Positions 33,663 through 44,804 of a DNA stretch of 64,000 nt are shown piece by piece. The stretch is from an uncultured candidate division Zixibacteria bacterium (GTDB taxonomy: Bacteria; Zixibacteria; MSB-5A5; UBA10806). The stretch is from the NCBI GenBank assembly GCA_963801605.1, contig CAWDFP010000011.1, forward strand, positions 96,001 through 160,000, read 5' to 3'. Both the position numbers and the translations under genes were made by a program. The stretch's first letter is position 1. Each line of letters starts with the position of its first letter. The notes under the pieces are model-generated. The model saw only the letters and a program-made list of their open reading frames with translations, did no database searches and was not told the origin of the DNA.

Positions 33663-35088
33663 ATGAAAACAATCACGGTGACAAACTACAAAGGTGAGCG
33701 CACTTCGGTCAACCCGGATACCTTCGAAAAGTTAAATACAGGCTTTCGAAATCCGATTCTTAAACCTGGCGACGATGGATACGATAAAGCCAGGACAATC
33801 TGGAACGCTATGATAGACCGCAAGCCGGCTCTTATCGTGCGATGTACGCGGCGTAAGCGATATCAGGCGCGCTCTTGATTTCGCCAGGGAGAATGGAATA
33901 TTGACCGCAATTAGCGGAGGCGGCCATAATATCGCCGGCAATGCCATATGTGACGCAGGCATGGTGATTGATTTATCCGCCATGCGCTCGGTGAGGGTCG
34001 ATCCCTTCACGCGCAAGGCCTATGTCGAACCGGGGGCGACACTCGGCGAGTTCGATCGCGAGGCTCAGGCATTTGGGTTGGTTACGCCACTGGGAATCAA
34101 CTCGACAACGGGCGTGGCGGGGCTGACACTCGGCGGCGGTTTCGGCTGGTTCGTCTCGCAAGTATCGGGCTGACAATCGATAATTTGATCGGCGCGGATG
34201 TTATTACGGCTGATAATAAATTCATCCACGCCAGCGAAACCGAAAACGACGACCTGTTCTGGGCGCTTACGCGGCGGCGGCGGCAATTTCGGAATTGTCA
34301 CCAGTTTCGAATTCAAACTGCATGAGCTTGGTCCGGAAGTTTTAAGCGGATTAATAATTTATCCACTGAGCGAGGCCAGATCCGCTCTAAAAAAGTATAG
34401 CAGTTTTATATCCGGTCTCAGCGACGACGCCAGCGTTTGGGCTGTCATGCGAAAGGCGCCTCCACTGCCGTTTGTTCCGCAGGAGTTTCATGGCAAAGAG
34501 ATAATCGTATTTGGAGTGTTTTACGCAGGAGACCCGCAATCGGCAATGAAGGAACTTGAGCCGGTGCGCCATTTCGGTACTCCGATTGCGGAAATGGTAG
34601 GAGTTCAGCCTTATGTCGGCTGGCAGACTGCCTTTGATCCCCTTCTTACGCCGGGCGCCCGCAATTACTGGAAATCTCACAATTTCACGAAATTTAGCGA
34701 TGGACTAATCGATACGGCGATTGAATATGCCTCAAAACTCCCTGATGATCAAACCGAACTTGCTTTCGCCTTGCTTGGAGGAGCGATAAATAGGATTCCG
34801 GTCGGCGATACCGCGTATGGCAATCGCGATGCCAAATTCCTGATAAACGTTCATGGACGCTGGCAAAATCAAACCAATGACGACAAATGCGTCAACTGGG
34901 CGCGCAATCTTTACAAGGATTTAACACCATACGCCACAGGCAGCGTCTACGTTAATTTCCTGACTGGTGAGGAAACGGATCGCATCAAGGCCGCGTACGG
35001 ACCGAATTACGATCGTTTGGTTTCTATAAAAAAGAAATACGATCCCAATAACTTTTTCAGGATAAATCAGAACATTCGGCCGAACTGA
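33663..35088 (+). CDS. FAD-binding oxidoreductase (BBE/6-HDNO-like); several frameshifts
   Basis: [51 protein letters not shown]. Confidence 0.88.
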
Positions 35089-35120
35089 TTTTGTAACCTA
35101 AATATCTGTGAGTATCCCGT

Positions 35121-35304
35121 GCGGTCAGGTCTCCGAACCTGACCGCTGCGCACCTATGTAATTGTGGAAGTTGTTACCGAGGCCTTGCCAGAGACTCAGG
35201 ACCTCCTCCGGCATCTTGCCAAATCCCCAAATATTGATTATTATAGGCATGATCATTTTTCCGTTCCGGCAGGTCGTAGACCGTGAAGCGGCATGACCTG
35301 ACGG
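35121..35304. repeat. REP-like palindromes
   Basis: GCGGTCAGGT/ACCTGACCGC (35121-35146; near-identical at 38985-39011) and CCGGCAGGTC...GACCTGACGG (35266-35304; like 18964-19003). Confidence 0.7.
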
Positions 35305-35352
35305 CAAAATCAAGGCTTGAGCAATGTTATTATTTTAGAATAGGAGTCTCAC

Positions 35353-36665
35353 TTGGCCAAGAAAGTCGCAACCGATCCATTCATGGATAAACTGGTGTCG
35401 CTCTGCAAGCGGCGCGGTTTCGTGTTTCAATCATCCGAAATCTACGGGGGCCTGGGCTCCTGCTGGGATTACGGCCCGTTGGGTGTCGAACTAAAGAACA
35501 ATGTCAAACGTTTCTGGTGGGAGGCGATGACTCATCGCCGCGATGATATCGAGGGTCTTGACGCCGCTATCCTGATGGCGCCGCAGGTCTGGGTGACATC
35601 GGGCCATGTGGAGGGGTTCACCGATCCGCTGGTCGACTGCAAGAAATGCAAGATGCGTTTCCGCGCCGATCAGGTCGACAGCAAGGTCTGTCCCAATTGC
35701 GGCGGCGAACTGAGCGAGCCGCGCATGTTCAATCTCATGTTCAAAACCTTCATGGGGCCGGTCGAGGACGATACCGCGGTGGTCTATCTTCGTCCGGAGA
35801 CCGCCCAGGGTATCTATGTCAATTTCCTCAACGTGCTGCAGCCGTCGCGGCAGAAGATACCGTTCGGGATCGCCCAGATCGGCAAGGCGTTCCGCAACGA
35901 GATCACGCCCGGCAATTTCATTTTCCGCACCCGCGAGTTCGAGCAGATGGAGATGCAGTTCTTCGTGCATCCCTCGGAGGACGAGAAGTGGTTCGATTAC
36001 TGGAAAGAGCAGCGCTGGAAATATTATCTGGAGCTTGGAATCAACCCCGCCAAGATGCGCTGGCACGAGCATGGCCCCGACGAACTGGCCCATTACGCCA
36101 AGGCGGCTTACGATATCGAATATGAGTTCTCGTTCGGCTGGAAAGAGGTCGAGGGTGTTCACAACCGCACCGATTTCGATCTCTCCCGTCACGCCAAGGC
36201 CTCCGGCAAGGATCTGAGCTATTTCGATCAGGAGCGCAACGAGAAGTTCATCCCGTATATCATCGAGACCTCCGCCGGCGCCGACCGCACCACGCTGGTT
36301 TGTTTGGTCGATGCTTACGCCGAGGAGGAGGTCAAGGGCGAGCAGCGGGTGGTGCTGAGGCTTTCGCCCAAGATCGCCCCGATCAAGGCGGCGATATTCC
36401 CGCTGGTCAAGAAGGATGGTATGCCCGAGGTGGCCGATAAGATTTATCACGAGCTAAAGAAGCATTTCAAGGTCTTCTACGATGACGGCGGCGCGGTGGG
36501 ACGTCGTTACCGTCGCATGGACGAGGCCGGCACGCCGTATTGCATCACTGTCGACGGCCAGACGCTGCAGGACGAGACGGTCACCGTCCGCGACCGCGAC
36601 AGCATGGTGCAGACCGGAATAAGATTGCGGAGTTGGTGGATTTGATAGGGGAGAGGCTGAAGTAG
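35353..36665 (+). CDS. glyQS: Glycine--tRNA ligase, alpha2 type; frameshift in the last codons
   Basis: [41 protein letters not shown] start after AGGAG. Confidence 0.97.
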
Positions 36666-36884
36666 TAATCCAAGCATATCGAGCGGGGGCGTATTGCATT
36701 CGCACAGATCCGTAGGATACGCCCTTATACTTAAGATTGGGAAATTGATAGAATTATTCTTGGGGAAATTGAAGCAAGCAAGACAAATGGTTCGAGCTGA
36801 AAAGCCCATAATGGTGTGAAATAGATTAGATATATCAGCATTTCGATCAAAAATTATGATTTTATTCAAGAATAAGGATTAGAT

Positions 36885-38087
36885 ATGCACAAAACAATAA
36901 ATAATATCAACTTGGCGGGTTTCGCCGATCAGGAGGGGCAGCCAGGAGATAATATTATAAATCTTATTAAAGAAGGATTTGCCATATCAAATTCAGATCA
37001 ATTCTATGTTTACGCGGAACAAATCGCAAATATCATTTTTCCAAAATTGGGTATTCCCGATGCCTGGAATAGAACAAATAGATACGTAGCTGTAATCCAT
37101 CCCGACCTCACCGCTGACATTTATCTTGACGATTTTCAGGTAAAGGCTAAGGCTATCGCAAGCAGAGCTATCGAAAAGGGCCAATTAGTATCTTCGTCAG
37201 ATATAAAGGAAATAATTGAGGTTAATCTTCCTGATATTCAATTAAACCCAAATGATCAATTTATATTTTTGTTACGAATCGGTTTAAGATTTGGGATATA
37301 TTTTGATTTGTCGAGAGAAATTGAGATGGATAAAATGCCATTAAAATTGGCTGAATTTCATTCATCCTTATTATTTCAAAGAACTTTGGATGATATTATT
37401 GCTGACCTGCAATTAAGAAACTATGACATTTATATAATTACCGAAGGAAAAACGGACTGGAAGCATTTGGAAAAAGCTTTTCAAAAGATTAGTTATGACA
37501 AGAAAATTAGGTTTTCTAAAACAGAGGATGAACTTGGCGACACTGGTTTGTTAGGAATATGTCGCAGCGAAATTCACTTACCGTTTCACGATAAACCAAT
37601 AATATGCATATTTGATAGGGATAACCCAAAAATAATTAAACAATTGACCCAAAAAACTGAGGATGGCACCGAATTCCAATATTGGGGTAATAATGTATTT
37701 TCGATCATGCTACCCATTCCTGCGGATCGAAAGGATTATGAAAATATATGCATCGAGATGTATTATGCAGATGAAGTTATCAAGCGGGAAACAAAGGACG
37801 GCAAAAGATTATATTTTGATAATGAGTTGAAAAAAATAATTATGCCAGATAATAGTATTAGGAGAATACCTATTCCCCCGGAGAATAATGTGGAATTAAC
37901 AAAGAAATTAGCTTCTGATAATTCAGACAATATTGAAGACTCTTTAGGCCAAAAAAAGGGAATTTCTAAAACTGTGTTCGCCGATCTTATATATAATGAA
38001 GAAAATCCGTTCAATAATATTAATTTCGAGAATTTTGAATTAATCACGGAAGTAATTGAGAAAGTACTTAATCATAAACCTGTTTAA
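36885..38087 (+). CDS. AT-rich protein: unknown N-terminal domain plus OLD-like TOPRIM domain
   Basis: IITEGKTDWKHL...ICIFDRD TOPRIM signature; CIEMYY; SKTVFA. Confidence 0.7.
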   Translation: MHKTINNINLAGFADQEGQPGDNIINLIKEGFAISNSDQFYVYAEQIANIIFPKLGIPDAWNRTNRYVAVIHPDLTADIYLDDFQVKAKAIASRAIEKGQLVSSSDIKEIIEVNLPDIQLNPNDQFIFLLRIGLRFGIYFDLSREIEMDKMPLKLAEFHSSLLFQRTLDDIIADLQLRNYDIYIITEGKTDWKHLEKAFQKISYDKKIRFSKTEDELGDTGLLGICRSEIHLPFHDKPIICIFDRDNPKIIKQLTQKTEDGTEFQYWGNNVFSIMLPIPADRKDYENICIEMYYADEVIKRETKDGKRLYFDNELKKIIMPDNSIRRIPIPPENNVELTKKLASDNSDNIEDSLGQKKGISKTVFADLIYNEENPFNNINFENFELITEVIEKVLNHKPV

Positions 38088-38253
38088 ATTTCGATTTTTC
38101 TGATGCCTTTTTTGGTGTCGGAAAGTAGTTTCCGACACCACGGGTTGGATATCAAGCCCCGCGTGCATGGCATGTGTCCTCTCATGCCATGCTTTTTTCT
38201 AGCAGCGCGGTGAATGGGGCCATACACGGCGCACACGGTACTTTCCACATCGC

Positions 38254-38384
38254 GTCATTGCGAGGAGTCCATTTGGACGACGAAGCACTCCCCCGCATAA
38301 AGCCGGGGTATCCATATAAACAAGTGACGCTTTGTGCGAGGAGATTGCTTCGGTTTGTCCGAGGCGGCGGGACGCCGCAATGAC
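38254..38384. repeat. ~131-bp CGTC-type palindromic repeat
   Basis: GTCATTGCG...CGCAATGAC; homologous to the reverse complement of 12421..12552. Confidence 0.8.
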
Positions 38385-38551
38385 ATCTTGTGGTTAATGG
38401 CGTAAGATTCGGGAGGAAACGCCATTGAAAGCCACTTATATGTTTTACAAAGATTCCATTCTTGACTGCCCGATCCTGCTTGCTATATTTACCGTTGTAA
38501 TAAACAAAGTCGGGATGGAATCGTAAAAACATTTAAATTAAAGGGGGCATT

Positions 38552-38913
38552 ATGCTTTATGTTGATGGATATGTTATTCCGGTGCTTAAGAAAAACGTAC
38601 GGGTGTATTTCCGCATGTCGCGCATGGCGGGCAAGGTCTTTATCGAACACGGCGCGCTGGAGTACAGGGAATGCGTCGGCGATGACCTCGAATTCAAAGG
38701 TATAACGTCGTTTCCAAGGCGCTGAAAATTAAGCCGCGGCGAAACGATTGTCTTTTCGTGGATCGTCTTCAAGTCGAAAGCGCATCGCGATAGGGTCAAC
38801 GCCAAAGTAATGAAAGACCCGAGACTGGCCTCAATGATAAACCAGAGTGCGATACTATTTAATCACCCAAGCGCATGGTTTGCGGGGGATTCAAAATGAT
38901 GGTGAAAGCATAA
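38552..38913 (+). CDS. DUF1428 (YbaA-like) protein; two frameshifts; absent from the ORF track
   Basis: MLYVDGYVIPV...HGALEYRECVGDD, ETIVFSWIVFKSKAHRDRVNAKVMKDPRL, RMVCGGF. Confidence 0.85.
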
Positions 38914-38984
38914 CCCATTACATAAATTTCATTGCGCAGCAGGCCTCCTGGCCTGCCTCTTCGATAGTATAAGAGCTTACCCGT

Positions 38985-39054
38985 GCGGTCAGGTCTCCGG
39001 CACCTGACCGCTTAGGGTGTCGGCTAAAGGTGTCGGGTACGGAGACCCGACACC
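38985..39054. repeat. REP-like palindromes
   Basis: GCGGTCAGGT...ACCTGACCGC and GGTGTCGGGT...ACCCGACACC. Confidence 0.7.
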
Positions 39055-39080
39055 ACCGGTAATAATTCCACTCCATTATT

Positions 39081-39107
39081 GGAAACGCTTTCTCCCAATA
39101 AATCGTT
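39081..39107 (+). promoter_or_regulatory. ECF-sigma-type promoter of the YciI-like gene
   Basis: GGAAAC-N17-CGTT. Confidence 0.65.
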
Positions 39108-39183
39108 ATAGATTATCATAAGAATAGCAGAACCGGGGGATATGGATATCCTCGATAACCGCTAATTTCAAGGGGGGTAATGA

Positions 39184-39603
39184 ATGCGTTACATGATGAT
39201 CGTCAGAGCCAATAAGGAATCGGAAACCGGTGACTTACCAGATAGTGAAATGATCGCGGCGATGACTAAATTCAACGAGGAGATGGCAAAGGCCGGGGTG
39301 CTATTATACGCCGAGGGTCTGCATCCAAGCTCCGATGGCGTCCGGATAAAGTTTTCCGGCAAGAACCGCACCGTTATCAACGGGCCGTTTCCCGATAATG
39401 AACTCATCGCGGGTTACTGGATTATTCAGGTCAGGTCCAAAGCCGAGGCGATTGAATGGGCCCGGCGCTCGCCCAATCCGATGCATGGCGATTCCTATAT
39501 CGAACTGCGCCAGATATACGAAATGGAGGAGTTCGACGACGTGATGACTCCAGAACTCAAGAAACGCGAAGAGCATATCCGCGAGCAGGTAGGGAAGAGG
39601 TAA
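39184..39603 (+). CDS. YciI/DGPF-family protein
   Basis: GLHPSS.GVR, INGPF, ELIAGYWII, EAIEWA, IELRQ. Confidence 0.9.
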   Translation: MRYMMIVRANKESETGDLPDSEMIAAMTKFNEEMAKAGVLLYAEGLHPSSDGVRIKFSGKNRTVINGPFPDNELIAGYWIIQVRSKAEAIEWARRSPNPMHGDSYIELRQIYEMEEFDDVMTPELKKREEHIREQVGKR

Positions 39604-39611
39604 GCATGCAT

Positions 39612-39766
39612 GTCGGGTTTCTCGTTCAAAGGGACTCGGAACCCGACCTATAAATCTATCAAGAGCAATTTGATAGTTAGATTCAGATTGCTTCGGGTTT
39701 TGTTTGACACAAAACCTCTCGCAATGGGCAGGTTATTATGGTGTGTCGGGTCGCCTGACCCGACAC
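39612..39766. repeat. REP-like palindromes
   Basis: GTCGGGTTTCTCG...GGGACTCGGAACCCGAC (near-copy of 18869-18907) and GTGTCGGGTC/GACCCGACAC. Confidence 0.7.
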
Positions 39767-39889
39767 CGCAAGCAGGGCCGGGCATGCTCGGCCCTTTTTT
39801 TATTTAGAAAATTACTGCTATCAATTTGAATATATGATATAATAATATCAAAATAATCCGGTAACGGTTTTGATATTGGATCAGACACT

Positions 39890-40660
39890 ATGAACAAACT
39901 CGCAATAAACGCACTTGGCGCTGAGCTTGAAGTATCAGCCGCATATTGCAGGGTAGAGGGCCTGGGACTTGAAATAACTGATTTCGCCTATCCGCAGAAT
40001 CTCGATTGCGATCCGGCTCCGCTAATCAGCCGCCATATCAAGGCGGTTGATGGAATTACTCCGCTAATTTTGCATGGCCCATGTTTTGATTTAATAGTAA
40101 CCAGCCTCGACCCCAAAATAATAGAGGTATCTCGAAAGCGCCATACGGCCGCTCTCGCCGCCGCAAGAGCAATCGGAGCCACTTATTATATAGCTCACAC
40201 AAATTATAATCCACTTATTCGGAACCCATCTTACCAAAATAACTGGTGCTCGCGCAGTCTGGATTTCTGGCTTCCTTTCGCCGATGAGGCCGGCAAACAC
40301 AACATAATAATCAGCCTTGAAAATCTCTGGGAGCCTGTTCCCGATATCCAGGCCGAGTTGGTATCGGCCGGCAATCATCCAAATCTTCGAGCCTCATTCG
40401 ACAACGGCCATGCCCTTGTATTTTCCAGAATCCCCGCGAGCGGGTGGTTTGCCACTCTTGGACCTCTATTAGCACACTGCCATCTGCATGATAATTCGGG
40501 TGAGTTAGATGAGCACAAGCCAATTGGCGATGGCAAAGAAAACTGGAAAGAGCTCGTTGCTGCCATTGCGAAATATTCCCCGCAGTCCATTCTCGTGGCC
40601 GAATCCGATAAACTGCACAGTAACAGGCTGAGTATTGGAAGGCTGAAAGCTTTATTATAA
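39890..40660 (+). CDS. Sugar-phosphate isomerase/epimerase (AP endonuclease 2 TIM barrel)
   Basis: LHGP, SLENL, FDNGHA, HCHLHDNSG..DEH. Confidence 0.88.
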   Translation: MNKLAINALGAELEVSAAYCRVEGLGLEITDFAYPQNLDCDPAPLISRHIKAVDGITPLILHGPCFDLIVTSLDPKIIEVSRKRHTAALAAARAIGATYYIAHTNYNPLIRNPSYQNNWCSRSLDFWLPFADEAGKHNIIISLENLWEPVPDIQAELVSAGNHPNLRASFDNGHALVFSRIPASGWFATLGPLLAHCHLHDNSGELDEHKPIGDGKENWKELVAAIAKYSPQSILVAESDKLHSNRLSIGRLKALL

Positions 40661-40720
40661 TCATCAAAAAAAAGCATCCGACGACCGCCGGACGCTTCAA
40701 AATCCCCCCTTGTTTTCCTG

Positions 40721-41113
40721 CTACCTGTTAGGCAATTTTTCGTAAGCCTTGGTTGTGGCTGGCTGGACCTGGCCGCCAAAATCCAGTAGAAGCTCATTTT
40801 GCTTTGGCGTGGGGCCGTTGGGCGATATACCCTGGCATTCCATCAGGATTTTTTCCCGGAACCAGACATCGAAAGGCGCATCCGATTTCATCAATATCTC
40901 ATAGAACTTGGCGGGATTGTCAACATCGAGCGATACGATGCCCATATCTCCGTTTGGCGTTTCCTGCAGCCAGAATTGCGCGGAATGCACCCCCATATTT
41001 TTACGCGATTGTTTGAATTCATCCCAATGCGACGTTCTAATCTGTCGCATATATGTTTTCAGGTTCTCCGTTTTGCCGGGAACGATATGAATTGCGAACG
41101 CATACTTAGCCAT
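40721..41113 (-). CDS. ~130-aa hypothetical protein, paralogue 1
   Basis: PGKTE, WLQETPNGD, WFREKILMECQG; GGGAGG RBS. Confidence 0.85.
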   Translation of the reverse strand: MAKYAFAIHIVPGKTENLKTYMRQIRTSHWDEFKQSRKNMGVHSAQFWLQETPNGDMGIVSLDVDNPAKFYEILMKSDAPFDVWFREKILMECQGISPNGPTPKQNELLLDFGGQVQPATTKAYEKLPNR

Positions 41114-41219
41114 ATTAGCCTCCCTTTTAACTGTTGATGCTTAAGTTATAAATTCATATTAAAATTACAGCGTCAGATACTATAAACCTGACGCCAGTAA
41201 TTAATCTTAGTTAATTCCG

Positions 41220-41612
41220 CTATTTCTTCCGCGCCTCGGCGAAAGCCTGAACCTTGCTCGGTTGGCCCTGGCCGCTAATATCGAGAATAAGTTCATTCCG
41301 ATCAGGCGGAGGAATATCGGGCATGGCGCCCTCACATTCGATCAGAACCTTTTCTCTGAACCATTTCAGAACAGGTTCGTCGGATTTGAAAATCTGTTCA
41401 AAAAAGCTGGTCGGATTTTCGACATCCACCCAAACGACACTAAAATCGCCCATTGGTGATCTCTGGAGACGCGCCTGGGCGCTGCGCGCCCCAACTGAAT
41501 GCATCGCCTTCACGAAATCATCCCAGCGCGTGGCCTTAAGCTCATGCATATATTTTAGCCAGGTTTCGGTTTTGCCCGGTACAATCGGTACCGCAAATGT
41601 GTAGATTGCCAT
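41220..41612 (-). CDS. ~130-aa hypothetical protein, paralogue 2
   Basis: FAVPIVPGKTE, LQRSPMGD, WFREKVLIECEG. Confidence 0.85.
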   Translation of the reverse strand: MAIYTFAVPIVPGKTETWLKYMHELKATRWDDFVKAMHSVGARSAQARLQRSPMGDFSVVWVDVENPTSFFEQIFKSDEPVLKWFREKVLIECEGAMPDIPPPDRNELILDISGQGQPSKVQAFAEARKK

Positions 41613-41851
41613 ATGGCCCCCCTTCGGATAATGTTACGTCTAAGTTTAAAATTCAATTTTCATACCAACGAACTCACAGGATAGTTCCTCTTCTTTTCAA
41701 TTGTTCAAATCCTGCGAAATAAATAATATTTGCCCATGAATTTTCGAATCCGGCGATTAAAGATCGGCAGTGTTTACTATTAAGCAAACAATTCTAATAA
41801 TAAAAGCGCCCGGCAACTGTCGGACGCCTCAATTATAGCCCCCTTTTAAAA

Positions 41852-42244
41852 CTATCTCTTGCGCGTTTCGGCGTAGGTTTTCTCATCAACCGGCCGCGCG
41901 ATATAGTTTATTATGGCTTCATTTCTGGGAGGAATATCGGTGACTTTCATGCCATGGCATTCGATCAATACTTTCTCCCGGAACCATACGTCAAATGGTT
42001 CATCCGACTTCATAAAGCGTTCAAAGACGCGGGTAGGATTATCGGCGGGACTTTCCCAATAGACTACAACCATATCACCCATAGGGGTGTGTTGCAGCCA
42101 GATCTGCTCGGTTTTATTCAAGCCTGCCCTTTGACGGGACTTGATGAAATCTTCATGACGGGGTCCCATCAATTCCTCGATATATTTCTTCCACGCTTCT
42201 GTTTTACCTGGTAGAAGGGGTACTGCGAATGCATAATTTGCCAT
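41852..42244 (-). CDS. ~130-aa hypothetical protein, paralogue 3
   Basis: FAVPLLPGKTE, WLQHTPMGD, WFREKVLIECHG, YAETRKR. Confidence 0.85.
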   Translation of the reverse strand: MANYAFAVPLLPGKTEAWKKYIEELMGPRHEDFIKSRQRAGLNKTEQIWLQHTPMGDMVVVYWESPADNPTRVFERFMKSDEPFDVWFREKVLIECHGMKVTDIPPRNEAIINYIARPVDEKTYAETRKR

Positions 42245-42302
42245 TCGATGCCTCCATTTTACTTAGTTGACAATGAAACTCATATTCAATTACATACAAA
42301 TA

Positions 42303-42329
42303 AACGAGGATATGCTGTGATTTGTTTCC
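42303..42329 (-). promoter_or_regulatory. ECF-sigma-type promoter of paralogue 3
   Basis: GGAAAC-N17-CGTT on the minus strand. Confidence 0.65.
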
Positions 42330-42395
42330 TTTTCCCAATATGTATTATTATTCCACTCCTTCGATTAAAATATAATTATAGACAAGCATTATTCG

Positions 42396-42421
42396 GGAAC
42401 GCTGTTTTTCGATAAGCAGTT
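42396..42421 (+). promoter_or_regulatory. ECF-sigma-type promoter of the DinB-family gene
   Basis: GGAAC-N17-AGTT. Confidence 0.55.
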
Positions 42422-42503
42422 TTTTGTCAGGCAAATGAAACGGAGCACCCATAAAATATAAATAAGTATCGCGCGAAACAAATTTGGCAAAAACGGAGGG
42501 CAT

Positions 42504-43028
42504 ATGCCGAAGAACGTAGAAGTAAAACCGGATATGACAACCATGTGGAAAGAGGAATTCATGCAGGTCTGGGATCGGGAACATCAGACCACCATGAATA
42601 TCCTTAAAGCTTATCCCGAGGATAAAAGCGATCTCAAACCGCATGAGAAGTTGCGCAGCGCCAGAGAGTTGGTGTGGGGATTCACCAACGGCGAAGCCTG
42701 GATGATCAATGGGATTCTGGCGGGAAATTTCGAGGGCGGTGAAAGAATCGATCCGCCATCAACAATGAGAGAGGTGATTCAGAATTACGAGAAGGTTCAT
42801 CGTGATGCAGTCGCCAGGGTCAGGAGGATGAACGAAATTGATCTCAACAAGACGGTCAAGTTCTTCGTCGGGCCGAAGCAATTGGGTAATATCAAAGTCA
42901 CCGATCTTCTCGCCATGATGGTGATGGATCAGGTGCATCATCGCGGACAGCTTTCGGTTTACCTCCGAATGGCTAACGGCAAGGTGCCATCGATCTATGG
43001 CCCCACCGCCGATGAGCCCTGGATGTAG
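42504..43028 (+). CDS. DinB/YfiT-family protein
   Basis: HHRGQLSVYLR...KVPSIYGPTAD. Confidence 0.9.
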   Translation: MPKNVEVKPDMTTMWKEEFMQVWDREHQTTMNILKAYPEDKSDLKPHEKLRSARELVWGFTNGEAWMINGILAGNFEGGERIDPPSTMREVIQNYEKVHRDAVARVRRMNEIDLNKTVKFFVGPKQLGNIKVTDLLAMMVMDQVHHRGQLSVYLRMANGKVPSIYGPTADEPWM

Positions 43029-43143
43029 CAAAAAAATCGGCAACGAGGGATTAACAGTCCCGATATTGCTATCGCTTAAAATAAAAACCGGAGCCTGTTA
43101 TAGACTCCGGTTTTACTTATATCGGTAAAGAAAAATTAGTCAG

Positions 43144-43830
43144 TTAAATAAATAACCTGTCCCATCGCACCCTTGATGGGAAGCTGTAAATATTGTAGAA
43201 AAATAACTCGATGGCCGGAATTATATAGGGTGACTCGAGCTTGGGAGCTTGAGGATCGGGAGCCCAGGAAAAATATACGAACATGCCCTTACCTTCGATA
43301 TTGTTCGTGGAGACGAAACCAAATTCGCGGGAATCCTCGCTCTGATCGCGGTTATCTCCCAAAACGAAGATATGGCCGGGCGGCACCTGTTGTCGAGCCA
43401 TGAAATCGCGATTGGAGAACTGAACCGGCAGGATACGGTAATCGGAATGAGTAACAGTTCCGAATTCCTTTAATGGCTGGCTATCGACATATACTACTTT
43501 AGACTTTATCTCAACGGTTTGACCCTCGGTAGCCACCACCCGACGTACCAGCTTCTCCTCAATGCGCAAAGGATGCTGAAAGAGCACCAGGTCGCCCACA
43601 ACCGGCTTGGCCTTCTTGTATGCCAGCTTTGAGGCCATCAGGAAATCGCCAGGGTAGAGGCCGCCCTGCATGGCAGTTCCCTCGATCCTGAAGGGGCTAA
43701 CCACAAAGAATCTTAAAATAGCCCCGATGATAACCACCAAAAGTACTCCCCGAATTATTTCCTGGGACTTGGAGAGTTTCTTAAAATGCTTTTTCTTTTT
43801 TCGCGGTTTTTCAATCATTTTATGCTCCAC
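43144..43830 (-). CDS. lepB: Signal peptidase I-like protein; catalytic positions look divergent (GTAM, VRR)
   Basis: PFRIEGTAM, KLVRRVVA, FVLGDNRDQSEDSREFG. Confidence 0.8.
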   Translation of the reverse strand: MEHKMIEKPRKKKKHFKKLSKSQEIIRGVLLVVIIGAILRFFVVSPFRIEGTAMQGGLYPGDFLMASKLAYKKAKPVVGDLVLFQHPLRIEEKLVRRVVATEGQTVEIKSKVVYVDSQPLKEFGTVTHSDYRILPVQFSNRDFMARQQVPPGHIFVLGDNRDQSEDSREFGFVSTNNIEGKGMFVYFSWAPDPQAPKLESPYIIPAIELFFYNIYSFPSRVRWDRLFI

Positions 43831-43965
43831 TATTTCATGGTCTCATAAAAAGTATCGGCAGTTTGATTATAAAATTGATGCCAGTCTGCCTTTTATTAAA
43901 ATCGCGTATAAATCAAACCGACTCTTAGGATTGACTAAATTACCGCTAATGCGTATTATGTAAAC

Positions 43966-44697
43966 ATGGGGAATAAATTATTTCCAAATCTTAAACTGGC
44001 TTTTTTCGATATCGACGGTACTTTGATAAGGCGAGATTTCGATGGCACCCTGAGTGTCAAGCAGCGGGCCTTCAACCATGCAGTCGAATCGGTTTTCGAT
44101 ATCAAAGGCGCCGACTATACCAATATCCTGGGCAAGCGTCTCTATGGCTTAACGGATAAACTGATTCTGAAAACATTTTTGGGAAAATTGGGTATCGCTG
44201 AGAGTCAGTATTATCTTAGGGAAACCGATTTATTCCTGGCTATCGATGATTATTTCTCCATGAACCGGGATACAAGCCAGGAGCAAGGTTATTATCCGGT
44301 TCCGGGAATACCGGATTTACTGAATCGATTAAAAACCGAAAATATTCGGCTTGGACTTATCACCGGCAATATTCGCAAGCACTCGCTCTGGAAACTTGAG
44401 CCAATTGGCCTGAACGGTTATTTTACTACCGGCGGTTTCGGCGATGACGCCGAATCGCGGCGGGAGATCATGCAAACTGCCATAGATCGCAATCCCGACA
44501 TCGCAGCTCCTAATATTTGCCACTTTGGTGATTCGCCGGCCGATCTCGAAGCTGCCCGCGATTGCCACATAAAATCGGTGGCTATTACGGATTTGGGCGG
44601 CGGCACCCATAGCAGGGATGAGCTCGCCATAGCTGAATACGGATTAATTATCGACGGCTGGGCCGAACATGAAAAGATTACGCGGTATCTCAGTTAG
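43966..44697 (+). CDS. HAD-superfamily hydrolase
   Basis: FFDIDGTL, LITGN, FGDSPAD. Confidence 0.9.
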   Translation: MGNKLFPNLKLAFFDIDGTLIRRDFDGTLSVKQRAFNHAVESVFDIKGADYTNILGKRLYGLTDKLILKTFLGKLGIAESQYYLRETDLFLAIDDYFSMNRDTSQEQGYYPVPGIPDLLNRLKTENIRLGLITGNIRKHSLWKLEPIGLNGYFTTGGFGDDAESRREIMQTAIDRNPDIAAPNICHFGDSPADLEAARDCHIKSVAITDLGGGTHSRDELAIAEYGLIIDGWAEHEKITRYLS

Positions 44698-44804
44698 AAA
44701 CTGTTAAATCGGAATCCCCTTCGAATCTTATAAATAATTTCCTCAATCCCAAACAAAGATAATCAATCTTATAAATGTTCAATCGGTAGTTGTGGTATTT
44801 ATCG

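Noticed and set aside
35491..36450. Long antisense ORFs (also 13517..14278, 53124..53867, 49543..50268, 5300..5954)
   Set aside because: They are shadows of strongly biased or repetitive sense genes, with no motifs or RBS.
36885..38384. Retron
   Set aside because: The TOPRIM resembles retron-associated ones, but there is no reverse transcriptase nearby and the downstream palindrome is a dispersed repeat.
38113..39766. CRISPR array among the clustered palindromes
   Set aside because: The repeats are non-identical and irregularly spaced, and there are no cas genes.
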